A stretch of DNA of 64,000 nt from Camelus dromedarius (GCF_036321535.1 NC_087437.1:107138001-107202000), one strand, 5' to 3'; numbered from the stretch's first letter, positions 14,621-29,340 are shown. Numbers and translations: made by a program. The notes: a model not told the origin generated them from the sequence alone.

Positions 14621-16127
14621 ATATATATTATTCTTAAGTAAAAATTTTATTCCACTAAAATATATTACATTTTTAAAGTCTTTTTTAAGGAGAAATTGAA
14701 TAAGTTTCTAGAAATTTAGTTTCCAGGTGAATTATTTAATATGACAGATTAACAGTAGCTTTCATCTAGAGATTTTTTTCTATTGTACAAACTTATCCTA
14801 AACTGTGTAAGATGATGAATATGCAGTTTTAGTTTTGGACTAATGCAAATATGAAATTTCCTGAAAATTGGTTGACATTTTGTAATTAAAAGTCATATAA
14901 TATAAATGTTTCTTATTTAACCAATACAGGACATATAATTGCCTATAGAAGATATACATCTACCTTTGATGGAAAACATTTTAGGTGAGTCCAGTTATAT
15001 ATTTAAGATAAAATTCCCTGAGTATCAATGAGATCCTCTATTGGGAGCCAAATGAGCAGTGGAGATAACTGATGATTTCCTCAGGGTTTGAACATATAGA
15101 TATGTGGAATATAAAAGTGGCATATAATTTTAGTGTGATTACCAAAAGTTTAATAAGCAAGTCAGATTCAAATGAACTTGGGAAAAACCAAGTAATTTCC
15201 CTCTTTGTGAAAGAGGATTAACCAAAAAATTGGAATTCTCTGATAGGCAATGAAGACAAGTCCACGGGGTGTTTAAACACTGCATGAGGGTTCTATTTAA
15301 GGATAAACAATAAGCTAACGGATTTGTAGCATTTGCAAATAGGAAAGAGAAATAATTCTTTATCACAGATGCTGTATTTCTATTCCACCACTGATAGTAG
15401 AAGTTTCTTGATACACTAAAAAAATCAAGAGAGGGCAAAGAGATCTACGTGGTTCCAATGTGTTTTTATTTTAAAAATTAGTACTACCCTGAATTTAAAG
15501 CAAATAGAACTCTGAAAAGTCATGAAGTGAAGTTTTTCCTATGTTTGTGGACATTTATGTTGATTCACAAATAGAGCTCTTTTCCACTCTGTGGGGTATA
15601 ATTCATTGGTGCTAATTTTTGTCAACGTACAAACTCCAAAGTGGACAACCTACAGTTTCAGAGGACAAAACCTCTGAGACAAATTTGTGTTCATCACGCT
15701 ATATGGCACATGTGAGATAATCCTAAAGGTGAAAGAAACTCCGTGAACACAGTGCAGTTCTGTGCTCATGTATGGAGTGTATTCCATTATGGCTTTGACT
15801 AGAGACTTGTACTCCTCCCTTACTCAGGTCACTCCTTTTTCACACTGAAGCAGGGTTTCTCGGAAGGAACAGGTTCGGGGGGAAGCACTGGGCTCTTTCT
15901 CAAAAGCTACCTCTGCCTCTGGTGGGCCAAGTCCATAGTTCACCATAATGAACTCCTAAGTATGTGACCACTTTCTATTGGACTATCAGACACCCTGACT
16001 TCTCCTTGGTACATTTTTACTAACCCAGCTTTTCAATCAGACCTAGGAAGCTGCATAAGCCTTCACTTAAGAATCTTCAGCTCTGGTCACATCTCATTGC
16101 AAGTCTTCCTGCCTATTATATCAACAT

Positions 16128-16193
16128 TTTTTTTATTGACCTGTAGTTGATTTACAATGTTGTATTAGTTTCAGGTGTACATCAAAGTTATTC

Positions 16194-16267
<74 letters not shown>

Positions 16268-16748
16268 CACACACACATATATATATGTCCTTTTTCATAC
16301 TCTTTTCCATTATAGGTTATTACAAGATATTGAATATAGTTCCCTGTGCTCTACAGTAAATCCTCATTGTTTATCTATTTTATATATAGTGGTATGTATC
16401 TGTTAATCCCATACTCCTAATTTATTCCTTCACTCCTCTTTCCCCTTGAGTAACCATAAGTTTGTTTTCTATATCTATGAGTCTGTTTCTGTTTTGTAAA
16501 TTAGTTTATTTGTATTATCTTTTAGATTTAACATGTAAGTTGTATTATATAATATTTGCCTTTCTCTGTCTGGCTTACTTCACTTAGTATGATCATCTTT
16601 AGGTTCATGCATACTGCAAATGTCAATATTTCATTTTTTTTTTTACAGCTGAGTACTATCCCATTGTATACATACACCACATCTTCTTCATCCATTCATC
16701 TGTCGATGAACACTTAGGTTGTTTCCATGTCTTGGCTCTTGTAAATTG
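16128..16748 (-). mobile_element. 5'-truncated L1 3' end containing a (TA)n microsatellite
   Basis: Homologous to the L1 at 38291. Degenerate TSD TATATCAACAT (16117-16127) / TACATCAGCAT (16749-16759). Confidence 0.88.
16197..16260. repeat. (TA)n microsatellite, about 32 units
   Basis: Perfect TA run seen directly. Confidence 0.98.
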
Positions 16749-19445
16749 TACATCAGCATGTTTGATGTGTATCTTTCCTCTACTTATTTGCATTTACCAC
16801 CATTTTCTTTTGCTTTATCTCTCCACTGGCAATGGTTATCAATGGCCTCAGCTAAGACCTGTGAAGTCTTGGAAGGCTCAAGCAGCTGGCTCTTCTACAC
16901 TGCTTCTGTCTGACACTAGGTCTGACAACCACAACCTCCTTGCTGGAATTCCTGAATTAACTCCTAGCATTTTGGCATTTGAACTACATTCAACAAAATT
17001 TAAGATGATTTGTAAAAGAAAACATATAACATAATGAAGAACGATTTGGAATGAAAACAAAACAGAACAGAGGTCCACAGCAGAGAGCAGAAAGAGTTAA
17101 TGTGACCAAGTACCTGAGATGATCTGATTGTCATAATTGGGCACGGGGTTTAATTTGCCTGGAAGCAAAGAGATTTAAGCTATTTTTGTTTTTACAGTCA
17201 TAATAATTTAAATGATACTTGCAGCAGTTTTTTTTTGTTTGTTTTCAGGCATCTAGCATAAAAGAGCTGCTTATATAAAGAACATTAAAATTCAGTGGCA
17301 AACTACTATGGTTTTATAAAAATCTCTAAAATCATGCTTAAAGAGATGATGTCTTTACTGACCTTGAAGCTGAAAGTTATATTATAAATTTGTGAAATTT
17401 TGTCTATGTCAACTAAATTAATATTTTTAAGTCTCTTATTTTTCAATGATCTAATTAGCTATAGGAAGAGGACTTTGGGAGTCTAGATGAATGGGTGCAT
17501 AACATGCTAAATAGACTTTTTAATGAATGACTTACATGAGTCAATGGCAGGTGCTGGATCACAGTAAATGATGTTTTCCAGTTCTAACTTAGAGCAGAGA
17601 GATCTCTACTATTGGTCAAGTCAGAACTGTCATTTTAATAAAACCAGATGTGAATGAGCAATTTGATTATTTCACTATGAAATTTTGAGAGAAGATTTCT
17701 CATCTCACCTGGAGTTCAACCCACTTTATCAAGACATGAATAGCAAAGGATGTTTTTAGAGCCAATATTTTCTTTGAAGTGGGTAAATGTAATCCATGGC
17801 ATTAGAATTATGAGACCTGGGTTTGGTTTTAATTCCATACTCACGAATTGTGTGTCTCTGGCTGTGCCAATCAATGGTGCAGCTCCTGTAAGCATCCTTT
17901 TTAAAAAGGAAAGAGTAGACATAATTTAGATCAAACTTTATATGAGTGTGAGTTTGAGGGGACAAGGATATAATGGATGGGATAGACAGGGGTTGAAACT
18001 CATGATTCCAAAAACTCCAATTAAGAAGCATTACAACTCCCATTTTATTATAGAACATAAGTGAACAAAGTTCCTTTCAATAAGCTGCACAGTTAGGATG
18101 AAAACTAAGGGCATAAACTTAATATGCTCAAGATCAGTTAACACACACAGACACACACACGCTGTATTTGCAGTTTTTCAATTTTGATGTTATGTAATAA
18201 CAAGACCACCCAAAAGGTGGCACTAAAAAACAGACAGTCATTATGTGACCTTCAAGTAAATGTAATTTAATGAGAAAAAGAAAAAGAGATGGTAGATAAA
18301 TTTCAGTCTTGTTTTCTGTTTAAGTGCATAAGTTGTTTTCTTAGCCACAGATAAATAATAAGCAGGTGGCTTCTATTCTCAGTCCAACATAAAGCATTTG
18401 AAATTGATTTGTGTTGTAGCTGTGTATGTTTAATTCAATACCCTTGCCTCTTTTAAGACTAGTGTCTCTTTTTGTTATCAGAAGACAAGATGTTGGCTTT
18501 TGTAGACTCATTTGATTGTCTTTGGAGTCATCCTCCTGCAATAAACTTTGAATGAACAGATGATCTTATCTGAATCCAAATGTATACATTACTGCATGTC
18601 TATGAGTTGTAGAAAAGGCTAGTAGAAGATATGCTGGAGCTGATTTTTATTTTTTTGTTTGTTTTTGTTGTTGCTTTGCCACTGTGTAAACAATCAAGCC
18701 GTGGCACAAGAAGATTAAGAATATAATGCACATATACTGACACATTTATTTCAAGTTGTTAATAAAATTTTCTACGAAAAAATCAGCAGTAGTTGCACAT
18801 TCTAATAACTGATAAAAATGTATTTATATCACTGAATACTAAAGTAGTAGTTTTTAGTATAGTAACAGTTAAAAAAAAACTATTGTAACTATTGATGGCA
18901 AGCATATTTAAATAAATACTATAAAACAATGTGCTACCAACTGGGGGATGCAGTAACTGTTTCCCCACCTACCTACTCAGATTCTTCATTAATTAAGAAA
19001 TACAATGAATGAGTCAACATATGGAGAACAAAAAAAATCATTCTTATTACAGTTAAAACTGAAATTAGAGAATGTGTTTTGTATCTGGGAGAACGTGGGC
19101 TTCCGAACGCTGAGCCTCAGATTGACGCAGCCTCACATACCTCGTCACAGGAAGGCTTGACTGGGCAGGTTCTTCCCGTGAGAACAGAGCTGGCCCACAG
19201 AGAAGAAGAGCAGAACATGTGGGCAGCTGTTTCTCAAGAGAAGAAAGGGAAGGAAGATACTGGCTCCACCTGCCTGGGTCTTCTGTCCAAACTTACCCGT
19301 TAGATCAGCTGCTCCCAGTTAGGTAAGCCGTGTGGGAATGAGAGGGCGAGGGAAGCTGGGAGTATGACGACAGTGGAACACTGCACAGAGAAGAAAACAC
19401 CAGGAGTAAAGAAGTGTTCCCTGATAGACCCATCTACAAATGGTC

Positions 19446-19974
19446 TTTTAAATTGAAGTATACAGTTGAGTTATGATGTTGTGTTATTAGTTTCTGGTAT
19501 ACAGCATAGTGCTTCAGTTACATGTATATATATATTCTTTTTTAAATTTTTTTCATTATAAGCTATTACAAGTTATTGAATATAGTTCCCTGTGCTATGC
19601 AGTAGGACCTTGCTGTTTATCTATTTTATGTATAGTAGTTAGTATCTGCAAATCTTGAACTCCTAATTTACCTCTCTCCCCTTTCCCCTTTGGTGACTAT
19701 AAGTTTGTTTTCTATGTCTGTGAGTCTCTTTCTGTTTTGTAAATAAGTTCATTTGTCTCATTTTTTTTTGCTTCCACATGTAAGTGATATCATATGATAT
19801 TTGTCTGTCTCTGTCTTACTTCACTTATTATGATAATGTCTAGGTCCATCCAGGTTGCTGCAAATGGCATTATTTTATTCTTTTTTATGGCTGAGTAGTA
19901 TTCTATGTGTATATATGCCACATCTTCTTTATCCATTCATCTGTCAGTTTAGGTCCCTAAATGTCCATTGACAG
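19446..19974 (-). mobile_element. 5'-truncated L1 3' end
   Basis: Homologous to the L1 3'UTR at 38291 (AATTGAAGTATA..., GAATATAGTTCCCTG..., GGCTGAGTAGTATTC). Confidence 0.9.
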
Positions 19975-20369
19975 TCTCAGGGCTGGCATCTTTAGAGAGT
20001 CCTGAAACCCTACAATGTCTTGGTAGAAAGATGGTTCCTGTGTTTACAAATAGATTGCCTTAAAATAGATTCCACCCAGGTCTTCTCTGTTATGGGGGTC
20101 CATCTAAAAATTACTGTTTGCTTTATTCCTTTGATAACTATGTAAGTTTAAAAAGTTAAAGCTCTAATCTGTTCTTAGAAACAATAATCAGTACATATAT
20201 GCAAACTAAAAAAAAGGTGCGGTATACTGTATATATGTATTTACATGCAATATAATGTGTATGTGCAGTTCGAACTATAATAATCTAACTGATAAAAAAT
20301 GAAAAAGGGAAAAAAGTCTAAAAAATAAAAATACTGTATGCATTACTTCTGAAAATATTTTATGTGTAT

Positions 20370-21250
20370 TCGGTCAATAAAACATTTATTGAATGTTTTC
20401 ATGTGCTAGGTGTCCTCCTAGGTGTGGGTAAGACAAAGACGAATCGGATAGATTTTCAAACGCAGGGAACAGAACCTGCCTTTAGAAGGGAGGGCGTACA
20501 AAGGAATAGAACATGATATTATAGAGTGATTTATTTTTGTGTAAGAGGGATGCACAGAGTGACTACTGTGCTAATGTGAAAGAGGAGCGGCACCCCTTGG
20601 CCCGGAGGTGGGAGAGCAGGAGTTTGTCGGGTGAAATGAGGGCAGGGAGCAAGAAAGGCATTTGAGGAGCAGCTGGTGCCCAGGCCAGGAGATGAGATGC
20701 TGGTGTCGCGAGCACCTGTAAGGTGCCCAGCACCTGCAGCACAGGGTGGTGAGAGATGAATCTGAAGAGATAAGCCAGAGCCAGATCATGATAGACCTTA
20801 GACCTTGCCTTTTCAATTGTTTGTTTAGTTTTAGTTGGCTTTGTTCCGGAAGAGTTTTCAGCTCCCTTGCAGGGCTGTGAATACCATACTGAGACATTTG
20901 GAATTCTTCCTAACATGTTGCCAGTAGTGTCAGAAGGAGAGCAATACGGTCAGATTTGCACCTTAGGAAGATAATTGTGTCTTCTTACAGAACAGTGAAG
21001 AGCAAGAACAAAGACAGAGGCAGGGGCCAGTTAGCAAGTTGCTGTAGTGTGAGGGGCTGAATCAAGACAGAGGCTTTGGTGATGGCAAGAAGTAAGAGAT
21101 GATAGAACATAAACACAATCAACGTGGTTTGCTAGTAAATATTTTCTCAATGAATGAAGTGTGACTAATTAGATACGTGGGGGAAGGAAGAGGGGGATGT
21201 TGAGGATGAATTACAGGTTCAGGCTTGGGGAACGAGGTGGGTGACAAGAG
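20370..21250 (-). mobile_element. L2 fragment
   Basis: ACATTTATTGAATG...GTGCTAGG terminus and a body similar to 43712-44460. Confidence 0.65.
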
Positions 21251-21965
21251 AAGTCATTGCTTGGACAGTGACTGCATTCCTTCTGAGTTCTTTGTGTGTA
21301 TGGAACTGGAACTGTTGCATGTGGATTCATCTTAACTATAGAATAAACTCACTGCAAGTAAGTCAGGGTCTTTCTTCTTTTTCCTTATAATTTTCCCAGC
21401 ATCAAGAACAGTATTGATCACACAAATGTGATCTAATACTTTCATTGATTGATGACAATTCAGTGAATCCAAAGTAGCATGTGGTGATATTCATCTAAGA
21501 ATGACTGACGGGGCTCACCTGAATATCAGTTGGGATTCTCTGATTGCATGTAATAGAAACTGCCTTTGCCTAACACGAATCCAAGAAAATTGTGGTGTGT
21601 TATTGGAAGTTCTCAGGCTTGACACAGAGTCTGGAGAAACAGGGTTGGAAATAAACAGGTAGAAAAGTAGATGCAGAGAACGGAACAAGAACCATAGGAT
21701 AAGCCACAATTTTCAGTCCCTTTGTCTGCTTAACATTCCAATTCCAGAATTATTGGCCATCTTGAGTAACATCTCACTGCTTGACCAGGAGAAGATTGGG
21801 ACCCTAATTATAGTCTCACAACAAGGGAAGGAGTAATTTCTCAACATTTGGAAATCATGGTGCCCTTAGGAAAAGAAAAATGATGCTAGCAAAACAAATA
21901 ATTATAAATGTCCTCTTCAAGCTGATTGTCACTTTTATTGTTTTTTTCCGTTTAGAAAAAAATCA

Positions 21966-22284
21966 TTTTTATTGAAGCATAGCTGATTTACAATGTTGTG
22001 TTAATTTCTGGTATACAACATAGTGATTCATGTACACATACATATAGGCCATTACAAGGTATTGAACATAGTTCCCTGTGCTATACAGCAGGACTTTGTT
22101 GTTTAGCTACCTTATATATAGTAGTTAGTATCTACAAATCCCAAACTCCCAATTTATCCCTCCCACCCACTTTCCCCCTGGTAATCATAGGTTTGTTTTC
22201 TATGTCTATGAGTCTGTGTCTGTTTTGTAAATAAGTTTGTTCATGTCTGTTTTTTCTTTTGCTTTTTTTTTTAGATTCCATATA
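21966..22284 (-). mobile_element. Short L1 3' end
   Basis: Same L1 3'UTR family, ending at AGATTCCATATA. Confidence 0.88.
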
Positions 22285-23755
22285 AAACAAAAATGAAGCT
22301 TTATGAAGTATAGGCATGAGAAATTCATTTTCTGGCTAAAAGGAATTTTGATCTTTTTCAATTTAGCTTCTCTCTTTGACAAAGGGTTTAATCTGTTATT
22401 TAGCTTCTAGAAAGTAAAATGAAAAATCTAAAAATAGTAGCACATAAGCACTAAACTAATGAGACACAATAGGAAATTCTAGACTTGGAAGGAAATATTA
22501 CACAGATTTTGCAGGAGAAGAGTGAATAGGCAAAGGGGAAGGGATTGGAGTGGGAAAGAAAAAGGAGGAACACACACAGAAGAAAAATCCAATTTTGTTT
22601 GGATAAACTTTAGAATGACATTCAAAGCAAATCTCTAACTCTTGAGTGTCCGGAGGGAACACCCGCCACTAATTACAGGACTAAGATATGGAAGAAGCCA
22701 CTTCAGGCTGTGGAATTCGAATCAGTCATCCTGAGGGTGGCTTTTAAGATGTGGCTGTGGTTGTTTGTTTGGTGGTAGAAGACAGTTTAAATTTATTTCC
22801 ACTGGCCTTGGTAGATGTTGATGTTTCTTCCATCTCTAATCTCACTCCAGAGCTCAGGAGATAGCTGTGCCAGCTGGGGCTTTGCTCTGCCAGACAGTCC
22901 TGGTGCTGCAAAGTCAAATCACTGTGAAGGATGTTTAGGTGATTGTGGGAAGAAGTTTTGCTTAGAGATCACCATGAAGTTTCTCTACCCCATCCCTTCT
23001 GAGAAAATAAATTAAAAGAGCTGGTTTTATGATTGATTCTGAAAATTGTGTAAGACTTTTAAGTTGGTCTATATTTGAAACCACAATTTTGATGATGTCT
23101 CTATTTCCTTTCATTTCTAGGAAAATTATAAAAGATTCTAAAATTTCTCCTTTGCGGCAAGCAAAGATGAACTTCTTGAAGAAAGCGCACATTCTTTTGC
23201 AGGATGAAATAGAGATGAAACAATAGAATGATGGGCGAAAAGTCCTTTTTGAAAACTTAATTAGCATTTTCTGTGAGAAATTACACTAGACATGTTATAG
23301 ATTGGTTTAATAAATCTAGACAGTTGATGTTATAATTTACTCCAGAACTTTTCAGTTTTTCTTTTCTTCTCCCAAGCTAGAGAGAGGTCCTCGAAAATAA
23401 TAACTTATAGTTCATTTATTTACACTTATTATTTTACATCTTATGAGTGTGAGGTTTTTTTTTTCTTCATTTTCTATGCAGAAAAGATGATTATGAAATA
23501 GTAGATGGGAAGGAGTAATTCTTCGGAATTTGGAAATCGTTTAGCAGAGCTGCCTAAGGAGTAAATTGAAACTGTTTTAATTTGTCACACAGAAATAAGG
23601 CCCAACATATTCCTTCTGCTTCAGAAGTGTTTTCCTGTCCTTACTGTTAGGAGAATTAATACACTGTCAGGGGTGATACTGAGCACATTAGACATCAATT
23701 TGTGAGTTGGACTAGATAATCTCTTAATCTCTTAACCCCATTCCAAACATGAATA

Positions 23756-23896
23756 CAGTCGTTTGAAGGTGTCTGTGGGGGACTGGTTCTAGGATCCCTG
23801 CAGATACCAAAACCCATGGATGCTCAGATCTTTTTTATACAATGGACAGCTCTTCATATCCATGGTTCCGAATCCACGGATATTGAGGGTCAACTG
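23756..23896 (+). mobile_element. Internally deleted MER2/Tigger-type MITE (141 bp)
   Basis: CAGTC...ACTG termini flanked by TA on both sides (23754-23755, 23897-23898). GTGGGGGACTGGTTCTAGGA...GATACCAAAA matches the MER2 5' end as I recall it. Confidence 0.8.
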
Positions 23897-25476
23897 TATC
23901 TATGTTACTATTGTTGTCAGGGATGTGGTCAAGGATGTAAGCCAGACTGCCTGGATTTGAATGCCAGCTCTAAACTATAGAATCAGCTACCATCCATAAG
24001 TTGCGAACAAGTGGTATTCTGCAGAGCTATACGTATGAGTTGATGCAGAAAAATCTGGAAATTTCCCTTTATAAGTTGGTTTTTCATTTGATGGTCTGGA
24101 GGGAGTATAAGAGTTTGCATATGTCTTGATATTACCAAGCCATCTAAGAGGAAAACTTTGATTTTAATAACGCTGCTTCTCCAACCCATTTCACGTGGAG
24201 TACAGTTACAGCGGAGTTAACAAGTCCGTGCTAGCTTCTTTGTATTACAGATGGGAAGAGTCCATAGGCAGAGATCAAATAGAATCCAAGATAGATCCTT
24301 ATTTGTTGTGTAAATCCTTATTACAGTCTGGGAAAGGGGATGCGACATGGGGGATACTGTCCCCTAAATGGCAATCAGGATACCTTCTGATGGGATGTAG
24401 ACTGGCATGCTGATGATGAAAACCTGGCAATTCTTCTTGGTCAAATTTTTATGAGGATTTCTTTTAGCATTTTCTTAGTCATCTCTACCTACCTTTCAGG
24501 CTGTCATTAATTGAAGGTGATGAAACGTGTGATAACGTGGAGAAATTCTATGAACTAAATTAATTCAGACTATTATTGGCAAACAAAAGTGTGTGGCTCT
24601 CTGTGCACTGGGGGATTATTTCAGGAGAGGTTCAAAATGAAAGTTGCTAGATGTGAAGCCATTTTGGAATATATTAAAATCAAAAGTTTTATTCCCTGAG
24701 AAATGCCTCCAAAATTTTGTTGCATTCAAGATTATATTTCCTGGTAATTTTTTCACGGATAGTAGTAGTTGATTTTTATTGAATTGATCTTATAATAGAA
24801 GAATAAATTTCCAATAAAAAAGTTGTCAGATCCAGCTTTATTCCCACATACAATAAGTTGACTTTGTATGACTCTCTCTCTCTCTCTTTTTTTTTTCTCC
24901 CCCCAAGGGAGAATGGGTGGAGAAGGAATTATAATAAGTTACATAAGAAAATTTTAAAATCTTGCTTTATTTTTAGAATTTATGTTTCCTGTGTGGCTGT
25001 GTCTTGATTTGGGCTGGATAATACCCAGGGCACTTGTTTGGAGTCTGAGAAGTTTACACCAGATTTTTCACTCGGATATACATATCAAAGCTGTTTAGAA
25101 CTCTTTAAATTTTTCTTATGGGTGCATCAGCTATTTATACCACAGTGAGACTATCATTGCTATGTGGCAGCACACCTGGAAACTGAATGGCAAGATCAGG
25201 TTGAAGTTATGGAACATTCCAGAAAGGCCAAAATTCAAAGTAAAAGCAGCTTAACTCAGAACACGCTCTTCAGTAAGGGATGGTTGTTTTGGCTTCTGCA
25301 GAAGCCTCGCTGATGATCTGCTATTCGGAGGCTTCCAAGAAATAAATTTTTAACAGTTTGCCCTTTGGAAAGAGGATTAAGAATTTTATCGACTATAAGC
25401 ATTAGATATAAATATTCATTAAATTCTGAGTACTTTTCAGAAAGTCTCACATTGTCATTATACTTTAGTTCTAGCA

Positions 25477-25794
25477 CTGCATTGTCCAATATAATAGTCA
25501 TCAGCCTTCTGTGAACATTGAGCACCTGAAATGTAGCTAGTGAGGCAGAGAAACTGAATTTTCAACTTAATTTAATTTTAACTCCTTTAATTTTACAACT
25601 TGAACATAAAATATCTCATTACTACTATTAGATCAATCATGTGTTAAGGTGGTAATATTTTGAATATATTGGGTTAAATAAAGCACATTATTAATAATTT
25701 TACCTGTTGCTTTATATTTTTTTTTGTCATTGTGACTACCAAAACATTTAAAATTACATGTATGGCTTCCATTCTATTTCTGTTGGGCAGCCTG
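25477..25794 (-). mobile_element. MER33/MER3-like hAT-Charlie element
   Basis: TGTCCAATA...TTGAGCACCTGAAATGTAGCTAGT...TTTTGAATATATTGGGTTAAATAAA...AAAATTACATG...TTGGGCAGCC. Confidence 0.8.
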
Positions 25795-26524
25795 GTTGTG
25801 CTTTGTACTCGTTAGCTGCTCAGAGATCTCTAAGTTTCCTCAATGCACAATCTCTCCTAGTTTTCTTTCCCACAGAGGGATGGTTATATACCTGTTTTTC
25901 ATGAATTGATTTATAGCTGGTTTAAGAAGAAATGACTCTGATTCTTCCATGTAATTTCCCAGCTCTTTGGAGAGTTTTTTTTTTTTTTCCTGAGAACAAG
26001 TTCACTATTATCAAACAGTCAAAGTCACCAAATGTTGTCCAGTGTCTTTCTTCCTTGGCTTTCTTGAATTCTCCAGGATAACCCATACCAACAATGGTAT
26101 GCATGGCATTAAAAAGTTTTTTTTTTGTTTGTTTGTTTGTTTGTTTTGCTTATCTGTTTGATTGAGTGATGTCTCCAAGATCTCTTACTTTAGTCAGCTT
26201 CAGTCTAACTAGTATATTGTCTCCTCTAGAGTTCTGAACTTGGCCTTAAACCTCCTTTCTCTCCTTGTTACACTCAAGAAGCGTTTGTTGATCCTGATTT
26301 ACATTACTTCCCATGGTTTCCTCAAGGTACTGCTTCCTAAGTAATGTCTTCCCAATTCCACTCCCTGATTCTCGGGACCCAGCATAGTTGTGACTGGATG
26401 CAAAAGCACCGTTACCATCTTACACCATTCTAGGTACTGCGCACAGCACTGTAGAGTGTGGCATGGCTTCTGACCTCATGGGACCCACAGGCTGGTGGGA
26501 GAGGCACAAAATCAACACTTATGC

Positions 26525-27200
26525 TTTTGCCAGGCTTCTGGAACCTGTTTTGCCTGCAAGCACAGAGAGGGGAAATGCCTGAGAATTTAGTTCTCCATGA
26601 GAAAGCTCTTAGCCAATGACTGGTACGTGGGTGAATATAAATACTCCAGCCCCTAATCGGGACAACTCTTCAGTGAGACTACATGGAACACAGAGTGCCT
26701 TTGAGTTATTGAATTTAGGTCACACTCTGTGGGGCTTTTGTCCTCGTTCCTTGTCCTCCTTCCTTTTCTGGTCCCATGTCGTCACTCCTTTACGCATGTC
26801 CTAGAAATATTTCAAATACGTCACTTTCTGAAAATTCCTCATCTCTGTTTGCTTCTGGGAAGTTCAACCCTTTGTCAGTCATCTTAGGTGCTGGAATTGG
26901 TTCTGGGATGCTGACTCTCAGGATGAGATTCTGGAATTGGATCATGCGATGGCCAGATGGCAACAGAGATCCTGTTGTTTGCTGTAAGTGAAGGGGTAAT
27001 AACCTCTGGCTTGCTGTCATGTTAACATTTGTCGATACTTTTACCTGTTGTGAGTTGGGAAGGGATACAAGGGAAAGGGGAGTCACTGGATTGTACGATA
27101 TCTAAAGAATTGGATAGTTACGATAATTATAAGAAAGATGGATTTGTTTGGTTGCTGCTAACTGATGCACTGTAGAGAGAAAATATGTTGCCTTTGTTGG
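26525..27200 (+). mobile_element. LTR16-like ERVL LTR plus the start of the internal sequence
   Basis: TATAAATACTCCAGC promoter text, LTR end TTCTGGGAAGTTCAACCCTTTGTCA, then internal-like GGTGCTGGAATTGGT...GATTCTGGAATTGGATC. Confidence 0.65.
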
Positions 27201-27809
27201 CCAATTACCACTTCCTGGGGGAGAAGGAGATCAAGAATTCTATTTTATAGCTATTTAATTTTATCCAAGGGAGATTTCAAGGCAGGGGTGGTTATGTGTC
27301 TGTAGATGGGTCAAAGCTAGAGATCGTCACTGTATACATGGTTGATGCAATTTGTATTAGAGTTCTTAGTAGCAAAAGACAAAGACTAGCAGAAACCATT
27401 TCAAGGAAAGAATATTGAATGGATGTTGGGTAACTCACAGAATTCCCAGAAAAAGTGAGAATGAGACTCAGGAAATTGTCATGAACAAAGGAGGCTGGAA
27501 GGTAGCCAGAACTGCACAAACAATGAGAAAGCCACAGATCCTGTCCAGCAAGGACGCTGCAACTGCCACCACTGTATAATTTGGTGTCTCAGATTACACA
27601 ACCTTCACTTTAATTCCTGGAGGCCACTGTAGGCTACTGGTGCCCTGGACAATGGATGTGGCTGCTGCTGGCATTAGAACCAATTTCCTATGGTCTCTGT
27701 ATCTATATGTCACAAGCTACAAATTTGAAGTGGCGGATTCTTCTGATCTGATAAGCCTTGGCCATAATCCAGGAATTTCCTGGATCTGTGGATTTATATA
27801 AGTACTAGC

Positions 27810-28120
27810 CAAAGAGTACAAAGTTTCACTTACAAGTCCTAGAGATCTGTGTACTGCATTGGGACTATAGTTAACAATACTGTATTGTATACTTAAAAAT
27901 GTGCTAAGATGATAAATCTTATTTTGTGTTCTTATCACAAAAAATAATAGTAATAAGTAAAAAGAGTGGGAGGAACCTTTGAGGTGATGGATGTGTTTAT
28001 GGCATTGATTGCGGTGATGGTTTCATGGGTGTGCCTTTAGCTTCAAACTCATCAGGTTGGATACATTAAAAATGTACTATATTTTGTTGGTCAATCATAT
28101 CTCTATAAAGTGGTTTTAAA
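27810..28120 (+). mobile_element. L1 3' end (L1MA/MB-like)
   Basis: GAGATCTGTGTAC...GACTATAGTTAACAATACTGTATTGTATACTT...GAGGTGATGGATGTGTTTAT. Confidence 0.75.
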
Positions 28121-29340
28121 GACATTTTGAAGAAATTTTGGCCATTCTTTTTTTTTTCCCCTTCAATCTGCCTTTTCTTCCTATTTTTCTGGAAGTCCAG
28201 TTGTTCCATAGGTAACAGAGGTTCTGTTTATTTACTTTTCATTCATTTTCACCCTGAATACTTTAGTTTCCATTTCTGTTGCTATGTCTTCAAGTTTGTT
28301 AATCCTTTATTGCCCTATCTCTAATCTGCTACTAAGTTCATCCAGTTAAATTTTCCTCTCAGATATTGTTTGTCAGTCCTATAAATTACGCTTGTTTTTC
28401 TTCAAATCATCAATTTCTCTTCTCAATAGGTTTTTGTTTTCATTTAAATCCTTAAGCATATTTATAATATTGTTTAAAAGTATTTGTCTGCTAACTGCAT
28501 CATCTTTGTCATTTCTCAGTTTATTGCTATTAACAAGCATTTCTCCTGACTCTGAGCTACATTTTCCTGCTTCTTTCCATGTTCAGTAAATCCTTATATG
28601 ATTATAGGCATTGTGAACATTGTGGTAATTTTGCTGTGTTCTTTAAAGAGTATTGAAATACAGTTTGGCAGGAAGCTTAATTGTTTATGGATTATCTTGA
28701 ACATATCTTTCAGCTTTTTTAGAGGACAGAGTAGCCTGACAATGAAGACACCTTCTGAAGTCTCTATTGGATGCCTCATGTGTTCAGCAAGGTTTCTCCA
28801 GTTTGCGTAGTCAACACACAATAGTCTCCCATCCCTGAGTGAATTTTGGATTTATTCAGTTTACAGCTCCCTAGTAGCTTATTATTTTTGCCCAGCCCTA
28901 TAGGCATTTTACCCTATGCATTGCTTAGTTTTACCCTTCATGTATGGCTTGGTATTCAGCCCAAATCTCAAGAAGCCCATGCTGTCTCCTGGAGCTATTT
29001 CTCTGGGAGCTTTCTTATCTCACAAGATATGTACTTGCCCTGCAAATCCAGGTTTCTCAGGCTCTTTGAACATTAATCTCTGTTCCATCAACTCAGCAGG
29101 ACTAACATGCTCCTCTTCCCTGCTTTGAAATTTAGAAAATGCTTTCAGGAAAAAAGTTGCAGTGATCATGTAGCTCACCTCATTTTTAAAAATATTCTCT
29201 CAGGTACTATAGTCCTGGATTGTCAGTTGTCTAATGCCCAAAAATAGTAGTTTTGCATGTTTTTTCAGTTTTTTCATTGTTTATACTGAGAAGGCAAGTC
29301 CAGTTCCAATGACTGTGTCACAGGCAGACGTGACAGTCCT
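28120..29340 (-). mobile_element. Ancient L1 5'/ORF1-region fragment
   Basis: T-rich decayed L1 text that mirrors the + strand fragments at 9-12 kb. Confidence 0.55.

Noticed and set aside
22600..23300. Possible processed pseudogene or exon in unique-looking sequence
   Set aside because: No recognisable translation, poly(A) tail or TSD. It may be conserved non-coding DNA, but I cannot support that without alignments.
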